From assembly GCA_963790075.1 (NCBI GenBank), contig CAWBNG010000004.1, forward strand, positions 234,917-258,916: a DNA stretch of 24,000 nucleotides, written 5' to 3'. The position numbers and the translations under genes were made by a program. How positions within the stretch are numbered: position 1 is the stretch's first letter; the number at the start of each line of letters is the position of its first letter. This document shows, one piece after another, positions 16,780-23,143 of the stretch. The DNA is from an uncultured Chloroflexia bacterium (GTDB taxonomy: Bacteria > Chloroflexota > Anaerolineae > Anaerolineales > Villigracilaceae). Under the pieces are notes generated by a model. It had not been told where the DNA came from and made no database searches. It was given only the letters and a program-made list of their open reading frames with translations.

Positions 16780-17220
16780 ATGTCCTCGAATACTTGGCTT
16801 GATCAACTCCGCGAAAACGGCTACCGCCTAACCGAATCTCGGCGCGCGGTGGTAGAGGTGGTTGCCGCTACTGAACGGGCGCTGACCCCGGTCGAGGTTT
16901 TCGATGCGGCTCGCAGCCGGTATCCCGCTCTCGGGCTGGTGACGGTCTACCGCACCCTGGAAAAATTGGAGCAATTAGGATTAGTGCAGCGGGTGCACCA
17001 GGAAAATGGATGTAACGCCTATCTGACTCATGCGCGTGGGCACCAGCACCTGATTATCTGTAAGACCTGCGGGCGAGCCGAGTATTTTTCGGGCGATGAT
17101 ATCAGCAGCCTGATCCAGCGAGTCAGTCAGCAGCATGGCTTCACTGTCAAGGATCACTGGCTGCAGTTGAGTGGGTTGTGTCCCGACTGCCAAAAATTGG
17201 GGGACGAAGGAGATGATTGA
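16780..17220 (+). CDS. zur: Fur-family metalloregulator, Zur-like by context
   Basis: Winged-helix region YRLTESRRAVVEVVA...LVTVYRTLEKLEQLGLV. Metal sites HQENGC, GHQHLIICKTCG and CPDC. The genes immediately downstream are znuACB-like. ATG 16780 is chosen because the track's TTG 16756 lies inside the -10/operator. The Zur versus Fur/Mur assignment is an inference. Confidence 0.8.
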   Translation: MSSNTWLDQLRENGYRLTESRRAVVEVVAATERALTPVEVFDAARSRYPALGLVTVYRTLEKLEQLGLVQRVHQENGCNAYLTHARGHQHLIICKTCGRAEYFSGDDISSLIQRVSQQHGFTVKDHWLQLSGLCPDCQKLGDEGDD

Positions 17221-17221
17221 C

Positions 17222-17422
17222 ATGTGCGCGTTCTGTGCATCGGTTCCGGTCGTGGCGGCTCTGGGGGTTTCCATGCAGGCCAAACAACGCGCCCGGCAGG
17301 CATCTTCTGCTCAAGCGGGGCAGGGCAGGCCGGTCGAGCTCCCAATCAAGCAGATCACCCTGGTGACGGTCGGTGCCTTAGTGGTAGGGTCAGCCATCAC
17401 CCATAGCCGGATGAATTTCTAG
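17222..17422 (+). CDS. small hypothetical membrane protein (66-69 aa) with an N-terminal CxxC, between zur and znuA
   Basis: Sequence: (MID)MCAFCASVPVVAALGVSMQAKQRARQASSAQAGQGRPVELPIKQITLVTVGALVVGSAITHSRMNF. GAAGGAG (17206-17212) lies 9 nt before ATG 17222. An alternative ATG at 17213 overlaps the zur stop. It has two hydrophobic segments and GC3-rich, coding-like codons. No family recognised. Confidence 0.4.
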   Translation: MCAFCASVPVVAALGVSMQAKQRARQASSAQAGQGRPVELPIKQITLVTVGALVVGSAITHSRMNF

Positions 17423-17472
17423 CGTCATCAAGCGGGACGTTTCGGTATCCTGCCTTCTTTGTGGCCTTTTAT

Positions 17473-17493
17473 TGAAACAGAATTTCATTTTCA
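17473..17493. promoter_or_regulatory. degenerate second Fur-family box just upstream of znuA
   Basis: Two overlapping imperfect 7-1-7 sites. TGAAACA-G-AATTTCA spans 17473-17487. AGAATTT-C-ATTTTCA spans 17479-17493; its right half is identical to the zur-promoter box and its left half matches 4/7. The region ends 15 nt before the znuA ATG. Confidence 0.3.
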
Positions 17494-17507
17494 TGTACGG
17501 AGGGAAA

Positions 17508-18446
17508 ATGACACATAAAATTTCTTTTCGCTTGGTAGGGTTTGTAATATCGGCTAGCTTACTGCTCTCTGCCTGCGGTGCACAAGCTGGTACGACAACC
17601 ACCACAGGAACCCTTAAGGTGGTCGCCACCACCACCATGGTCGGGGACGTGGTCCGGCAGGTGGGCGGCCAGTCCATCCAACTGACTGTCCTGCTGCCGG
17701 TGGGGGCTGATCCGCATGAGTACGACCCGCGCCCGCAGGACATCGCCGCCGTGGCTGACGCGCAGCTGGTCTTCGCCAGCGGGGCCGGGCTGGAGGCCTT
17801 CCTCCAGCCGCTGATCGACAACGCCGGTGGCCAGGCTCAGGTGGTGCAGGTCTCAGACGGCATCCAGTTGCTGGCTTTCGCCGATGAATATCAGGGGATT
17901 GCGACCGAAGAAGGCCTGAGCACTGACCCGCACACCTGGCTGGATCCCAACAATGTCATCGTCTGGACGCAGAATATCGCCGCGGCCCTGATCCAGGCCG
18001 ATCCGGTCCATGCCGACCAGTATGCTGCCAATGCCGCGGCTTATACCCAACAATTAATGGACTTGGACAGCTGGATCCGCCAGCAGGTGGGGCAAATCCC
18101 GCCTGCGCACCGCAAGCTAGTAACCGACCACGCCGAGTTCGGTTATTTCGCCAAACAATACGGCTTAGACCTGACTGGCACGATCGTTGCTTCATTTACT
18201 ACTGGCGCCTCGCCCTCGGCCCAGGAAATGGCCAAACTGGAGGATTCGATCCGCTCATACGGAGTGCCGGCCGTGTTCGTCAGTACCACCGTCAACCCGA
18301 ACCTGGCGGACCAGGTGGCGCAGGATACCGGCATCAAAGTCGTGCAGGTCTACGTTGGCTCGCTGAGCACGGCGGATGGCCCGGCCGATTTGTATCTGAA
18401 TCTGATGCGATATAATGTCTCAGCATTTGTGAATGCCTTGAAATAA
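17508..18446 (+). CDS. znuA: metal ABC transporter substrate-binding lipoprotein (cluster A-I, ZnuA/TroA family), probably zinc
   Basis: ATG 17508 follows GGAGGG. Signal peptide has the lipobox LLLSAC. Metal-ligand strings GADPHEYDP, DPHTWLDP and TDHAEFGYF place His at the position that distinguishes ZnuA-type from Glu in PsaA-type. No His-rich loop was seen. Confidence 0.87.
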   Translation: MTHKISFRLVGFVISASLLLSACGAQAGTTTTTGTLKVVATTTMVGDVVRQVGGQSIQLTVLLPVGADPHEYDPRPQDIAAVADAQLVFASGAGLEAFLQPLIDNAGGQAQVVQVSDGIQLLAFADEYQGIATEEGLSTDPHTWLDPNNVIVWTQNIAAALIQADPVHADQYAANAAAYTQQLMDLDSWIRQQVGQIPPAHRKLVTDHAEFGYFAKQYGLDLTGTIVASFTTGASPSAQEMAKLEDSIRSYGVPAVFVSTTVNPNLADQVAQDTGIKVVQVYVGSLSTADGPADLYLNLMRYNVSAFVNALK

Positions 18447-18471
18447 ATTCGAACTCAAGCTAAGGTCCGGC

Positions 18472-19302
18472 ATGTACCCCCACTATCATCATCAACAAGA
18501 TAAACCGATCCTGGACGTCCAAAAAGTCAGCGTGCGCTACAACGGGCACCTGGCTCTGGAAGACGTGAGCTTTCAACTGCACGTCGGCGAACGCATAGCG
18601 GTGGTCGGACCGAATGGAGCCGGCAAGAGCACGCTCTTCAAGGTCGTCGCAGGCGTCATGCCACCGACCTCCGGTACGGTTACCGTCTATGGGTCGGACC
18701 CGGACGTGCACGTTTGCATCGCCTACGTCCCCCAGCGCAGCCAGGTGGATTGGAGCTTCCCGGTTACGGTTGCGGATGTGGTTATGATGGGCCGCATCGC
18801 CAAGCTGGGGATTGGCGGCTGGCCGCGCAAACGCGACTGGGATATCGTCCATGCAGCGCTCGAGACGGTCGATTTGAACGATCTGGCCAAACGCCAGATC
18901 CGCCAGCTTTCCGGAGGGCAGCAGCAGCGTATGTTCATCGCCCGCGCGCTGGCCCAGGAAGCCGAGTTGATGCTGATGGACGAGCCGCTAAGCGGCCTGG
19001 ACGTCCCCTCACAAGAAGGCATTTTGTCCCTGTTGGACAGGCTTCAGGAACAAAATGTGACCGTCATGGTTGCCACGCATGACCTGGAACAGGCCACGCA
19101 GCACTTCGACCGCATCATGCTGCTCAACCATACCCTGCTGGGATTTGGCAAGGCGGAGGATGTCCTGGCGCCTGAGCGCCTGCTCGAAGCCTACGGCGGA
19201 CGCTTGCGCGTGGTTTCCCCGGACGGGAAGGTCCTGGCGCTGGGCGATGAGGGGTGCTGTGACGAGGGGGAGGAGCCCAAGCATGCTCACCTGGCTGGTT
19301 GA
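18472..19302 (+). CDS. znuC: metal ABC transporter ATP-binding protein (ZnuC-like)
   Basis: Walker A GPNGAGKST, signature LSGGQQQR, Walker B LMLMDEP, H-loop ATHD. It has unusual His-rich (MYPHYHHQQ) and Cys/His/acidic (GCCDEGEEPKHAH) termini. Confidence 0.9.
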   Translation: MYPHYHHQQDKPILDVQKVSVRYNGHLALEDVSFQLHVGERIAVVGPNGAGKSTLFKVVAGVMPPTSGTVTVYGSDPDVHVCIAYVPQRSQVDWSFPVTVADVVMMGRIAKLGIGGWPRKRDWDIVHAALETVDLNDLAKRQIRQLSGGQQQRMFIARALAQEAELMLMDEPLSGLDVPSQEGILSLLDRLQEQNVTVMVATHDLEQATQHFDRIMLLNHTLLGFGKAEDVLAPERLLEAYGGRLRVVSPDGKVLALGDEGCCDEGEEPKHAHLAG

Positions 19303-20134
19303 ACCGCTGCAATACGCCTTCATGGTGCGCGGCTTGATCGCCGCTGTGTTGGTTGGGATCGTCTGCGCTGTGGTCGGGACCTACGTCGTCCTGCGCGGCA
19401 TGGCCTTTTTTGGTGACGCCCTGGCGCACACCATCCTGCCGGGCATCGCCCTGGGTTACCTGGTCAGCGGCGGGGCGCGTGAATCGCTTTTCTGGTGGGC
19501 GCTGGTTACGGCTGTCATCGCTGCGCTTGGCATCGGCGCCATCAGCAAGAGCGCGCAGATCAAAGAGGACACCGCCATCGGCATCATCTTCGCCGGCATG
19601 TTCGCGCTGGGCATCGCCCTGATCTCAACCGTTCGCAGCTATGCCGTCGACTTGAGTCATTTCCTGTTCGGCGACGTCCTGGGCGTCTCGTCCCAAAGCC
19701 TATGGCTGACTGCCGTCTTTGGCGGATTGGTGCTGCTGCTGATCTTTATCTTTTACAAGGAATTCCTGACCTTATCCTTCGATCCCATCCTGGCCGTTAC
19801 ACTCAGACTCCCGGTTGGTCTGCTCAACAACCTGCTGCTGAGCTTGATGGCTGTGACCATCGCTGTCTCGCTGCAAACCGTCGGCGTGGCGCTGATGGTC
19901 GCCATGCTGGTTACGCCGGCCGCGACGGCTTATCTGCTCACCTATCGCCTGCCGGTCATGATGGCCCTGGCGGCGCTCTTCGCTTCGCTTTCGGGCGTGA
20001 TCGGGCTGTACCTCTCGTATTACATCAGCATCGCGTCCGGAGCCGCCATTGTGCTGACTGCCACCGCCTTGTTCCTGCTGGTCTTCCTGTTCAACCCCAG
20101 GCAGGGGGTCTTGTGGAGATCGGCCAACAGATAA
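19283..20134 (+). CDS. znuB: metal ABC transporter permease (ZnuB-like)
   Basis: MLTWLVEPLQYAFMVRGLIAAVLVGIVCAVVGTYVVLRGMAFFGDALAHTILPG, followed by a polytopic body. ATG 19283 lies after GGGGGAGGAG and overlaps the znuC end by 20 nt. The track's 19070 start lies out of frame inside znuC. Confidence 0.9.
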   Translation: MLTWLVEPLQYAFMVRGLIAAVLVGIVCAVVGTYVVLRGMAFFGDALAHTILPGIALGYLVSGGARESLFWWALVTAVIAALGIGAISKSAQIKEDTAIGIIFAGMFALGIALISTVRSYAVDLSHFLFGDVLGVSSQSLWLTAVFGGLVLLLIFIFYKEFLTLSFDPILAVTLRLPVGLLNNLLLSLMAVTIAVSLQTVGVALMVAMLVTPAATAYLLTYRLPVMMALAALFASLSGVIGLYLSYYISIASGAAIVLTATALFLLVFLFNPRQGVLWRSANR

Positions 20135-20153
20135 GCTCGAATAAATCGCAACC

Positions 20154-20184
20154 AAGGATACGGATTGTGACAGCCCGTATCCTT
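20154..20184 (+). terminator. 10-bp hairpin plus T-rich tail after znuB; it also encloses the SD and start codon of the first M1-like gene
   Basis: AAGGATACGG (20154-20163) pairs with CCGTATCCTT (20175-20184). The 11-nt loop ATTGTGACAGC contains GTG 20167-20169. The hairpin is followed by TTCTTA. Confidence 0.4.
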
Positions 20185-21639
20185 TTCTTATCTGCCTGCT
20201 TCCTGTCAGCCTGCACGACTGGAACCCCTGTAACTCCGGTTGTCCCGCCGCCCCCTCCAGCCGGTGAGACAATTACAGTCACCCCGCCTACCAGGACTCC
20301 AAGCCCCTCGCCCACTGCCTCCCCCACTTCCACCTCCAGCCTGCGTCCGCAATACCGCCTCGATCTGTTACTCGATTACGAAAAACATACAGCCGATGTG
20401 CATGAGCGGATTCTTTATCCCAATCCAACCGGCGGGGTATTGGATAGCCTGAGGCTGGCGGTCGAGCCCAGCCTGTGGCCGGGCTGCTTTTTCCTCGAAA
20501 GCCTGAGCGTGGACGGGCAGGCCTTTAGCGACCTGGCTCCCGCGGATGGGCGCCTGGATTTGCCCCTGCCGGCCGTACTGCCCCCGGACAGGAATCTCCT
20601 GATCGAAATCCATTACCAACTCAAGCTGCCTGAGACCCGCCGCGGCCCGGATGATCGTATCCGCGAGCAGATCTTCGGCTACACCGACCGCCAGCTCAAC
20701 CTGGTCGACTGGTACCCCTTGGTCGTGCCGTACGAGGCCGGCCGCGGCTGGCTCTGGAACCGTCCGGCTAACTACGGCGAACACCTGGTCTACGACCCGG
20801 CCGATTTCGAGGTCACGGTCCGCTTCGAGGGAAATGTCGTGCCGGTCCTGGCCGCGCCGGGAGTGGAAACGCCTGCGCCCGATGGAAGGCGCTTCGTGCT
20901 GCAGGACGCGCGCACCTTTGCCCTGTCCGCCAGCCCGGATTATGCTGTCGCAAGTACGCTGGTAGACGGCATCAGCCTCCGCTCGGTCTACCTGGCCGAG
21001 GACGCCGCTGGCGGGCAAGCCGTGCTGGATGCGACCGCCCGCGCGCTGCGACTCTTCGGGGAACTTTTTGCGCCTTATCCGCATCCTGTCCTCGTGGCTG
21101 TGCAGGGCGATTTCGTGCCCAGCATGGAGTACGACGGGCTGTTCTTCGTCGGTCACCCCTTTTACCACTACGTCAACGGCACGCCGCGCGACTACCTGAT
21201 CGTCATCACCGTCCACGAGACGGCCCACCAGTGGTGGTTCGCGCTGGTCGGCAGCGACCAGGCCAACGAGCCCTGGCTGGACGAGGCGCTGGCGACCTAC
21301 TCCGAGCGCATCTTTTACGAGCGGGTTTACCCGGATGACGTCGACTGGTGGTGGAACCTGCGCATCGCCAGCCACGAACCGCTGGCCGGCTGGGTCGATT
21401 CGACCATCTACGACACCGACCGGGTCTATCTGGACGCGGTCTACCTGCGCGGGGCCGAGTTTCTGGGGGCGCTGCGGGAGCAGGTCGGCGATCCGGCCTT
21501 TTTTGCCTTCCTCAACGATTATGCCCGGACTTACAGTCACCGCCGCGCCACGGGTCGGGATTTTTTTAACCTGCTCGAAACGCACAGTGGGGCTGACATT
21601 TCCGGCCTTCTCAGGCTATACTTTAGGCATCTTCCTTAG
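20167..21639 (+). CDS. lipoprotein, short M1-family (gluzincin) metallopeptidase, paralogue 1
   Basis: GTG start gives MTARILFLSACFLSAC with a duplicated lipobox, then a Pro/Thr/Ser linker. Catalytic elements: PSMEYDG (GxMEN-like), HETAHQWWFALVGSDQANEPWLDE (HExxH-18-E) and AVYLRGAEF (catalytic Tyr). The part of the track's 714-aa ORF upstream of 20167 overlaps znuB out of frame. Confidence 0.82.
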   Translation: MTARILFLSACFLSACTTGTPVTPVVPPPPPAGETITVTPPTRTPSPSPTASPTSTSSLRPQYRLDLLLDYEKHTADVHERILYPNPTGGVLDSLRLAVEPSLWPGCFFLESLSVDGQAFSDLAPADGRLDLPLPAVLPPDRNLLIEIHYQLKLPETRRGPDDRIREQIFGYTDRQLNLVDWYPLVVPYEAGRGWLWNRPANYGEHLVYDPADFEVTVRFEGNVVPVLAAPGVETPAPDGRRFVLQDARTFALSASPDYAVASTLVDGISLRSVYLAEDAAGGQAVLDATARALRLFGELFAPYPHPVLVAVQGDFVPSMEYDGLFFVGHPFYHYVNGTPRDYLIVITVHETAHQWWFALVGSDQANEPWLDEALATYSERIFYERVYPDDVDWWWNLRIASHEPLAGWVDSTIYDTDRVYLDAVYLRGAEFLGALREQVGDPAFFAFLNDYARTYSHRRATGRDFFNLLETHSGADISGLLRLYFRHLP

Positions 21640-21649
21640 GACCAGACGC

Positions 21650-23140
21650 ATGCACCTCCGACGCCTTTTCTTGACTGCCCTGATTGCGACCCTTCTGCTG
21701 ACCGCCTGCGCGGATCGGACTCAGCCCTTGGCCAACTCCAGCGCGACAGCGGCTTCGCCGTCTGCGACCGCTGCCCAGGCCACCCCGACTGACGCTCTGA
21801 CACCTGAGCCGTCCCCAACCCCGCTGCCGTATCAAAGGCCGCAGTATACCCTGCAGCTCACGCTCGACTACCGCTTCAAAAAGGCTGAGGTAGTGGAGAG
21901 CATCCTGTATCCCAATCTGACAGGGGTGGCGCTCGACAAATTGGTACTGGCGGTCGAGCCGAACCTGTGGTCGAATTGCTTTACGCTTAAATCGATCACC
22001 CTGGAGGATGGCTCAACTCCCTCCTACACCCTGGACGGGCAGCGCCTGGAAATCCGCCCGGTGGGAGGCCTGCAGCCCAATACTGCCCTGACCTTGAATC
22101 TTCAGTTTAGCCTGGCCATTCCCCAGATTCCGTCAGACCTCGATCCCAACAAAGTACGTCCACAGATTTTCGGCTACACATCGCGCCAGATCAACCTGGT
22201 GGATTGGTATGCGTTCGTGGTCCCGTTCGACCCGGCAGGCGATTGGGTGCTGCACGATCCCTGGTACTACGGCGAGCACCTGGTATACCCAGCCGCCGAT
22301 TTCGACGTGCGGGTCAAACCTGCCGATCCAGCTTACGCGCCCGTCCTGGCTACCAGCGCGCCCTCCGAACCGGACGGCGAATGGACCCGCTACCGCCTGA
22401 CCGCCGGCCGCAGCTTTGTCATCTCGGCCAGCACCGAGTACAAGGTTGCCAGTGCCGAAGCGGGGCCGGTCAAGGTTTACAGCTATTATTTCGCTTTCAA
22501 CGAAGCCCCAGGGCAGGCTGCGCTGGACGCGGCGACCAGGGCGGTCGAGATCTTCAGCCAGCGCTACGGTCCCTACCCGCACCTAAAGCTCAGTGTGGTG
22601 CAGGGCGATTTCAACGACGGCATGGAATTCTCGGGGCTGTTCTTCCTTCCCTTTGATTTTTACAACCTGTACCAGGGTAGCCCCCAGGGCTACCTGACCA
22701 TCGTCGCTGCCCACGAGACCTCGCACCAGTGGTGGTTCGAGGCCGTTGCAAATGACCAGGCCACCCAACCCTGGCTGGACGAATCCCTGGCGACCTACAG
22801 CGAGCGGGTCTTCTTCGAATCTGCCTATCCGAATCTGGTGCCCTGGTGGTGGGCTTACCGCGTGGACTATTACCAGCCCGAGGGTTACGTCGATATTCCG
22901 GTCGCGGACAGCGGCGGCTTCCGGCCCTACACCAATGCGGTCTACTTCCGGGGCGCGCACTTCCTGGAGGATCTCAGAACCCGCATCGGTGATCAGGCTT
23001 TCTTCGGCTTCCTGCAGGACTACTACCAACAGGAAGACGGCCGCATCGCCACCAGCGCAGATTTCTTCCGCATCTTGCGCCAGCACACCAGCGCCGACTT
23101 CTCCGACCTGCTCAAGACCTACTTCAAGAACAGCTATTAA
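21650..23140 (+). CDS. lipoprotein, short M1-family metallopeptidase, paralogue 2
   Basis: Signal peptide MHLRRLFLTALIATLLLTAC followed by an Ala/Ser/Thr/Pro linker. Catalytic elements: DGMEFSG, HETSHQWWFEAVANDQATQPWLDE and AVYFRGAHF. It aligns by eye with paralogue 1 along its whole body. It starts 10 nt after the paralogue 1 stop. Confidence 0.82.
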   Translation: MHLRRLFLTALIATLLLTACADRTQPLANSSATAASPSATAAQATPTDALTPEPSPTPLPYQRPQYTLQLTLDYRFKKAEVVESILYPNLTGVALDKLVLAVEPNLWSNCFTLKSITLEDGSTPSYTLDGQRLEIRPVGGLQPNTALTLNLQFSLAIPQIPSDLDPNKVRPQIFGYTSRQINLVDWYAFVVPFDPAGDWVLHDPWYYGEHLVYPAADFDVRVKPADPAYAPVLATSAPSEPDGEWTRYRLTAGRSFVISASTEYKVASAEAGPVKVYSYYFAFNEAPGQAALDAATRAVEIFSQRYGPYPHLKLSVVQGDFNDGMEFSGLFFLPFDFYNLYQGSPQGYLTIVAAHETSHQWWFEAVANDQATQPWLDESLATYSERVFFESAYPNLVPWWWAYRVDYYQPEGYVDIPVADSGGFRPYTNAVYFRGAHFLEDLRTRIGDQAFFGFLQDYYQQEDGRIATSADFFRILRQHTSADFSDLLKTYFKNSY

Positions 23141-23143
23141 CGC

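Noticed and set aside
19495-20166. N-terminal 224 codons of the 714-aa plus-strand ORF
   Set aside because: This part overlaps znuB out of frame and is Arg/His/Gly-rich low complexity. The real gene begins at GTG 20167, where the lipoprotein signal peptide starts.
20368-21585. 405-aa minus-strand ORF, one of the longest in the track
   Set aside because: It lies exactly antisense to M1 paralogue 1. The sense strand carries the complete signal peptide, GxMEN-like, HExxH-18-E and Tyr motifs. The antisense product is Arg/Gly/Pro/Val-rich with no recognisable motif, which is a typical shadow ORF in GC-rich coding DNA.
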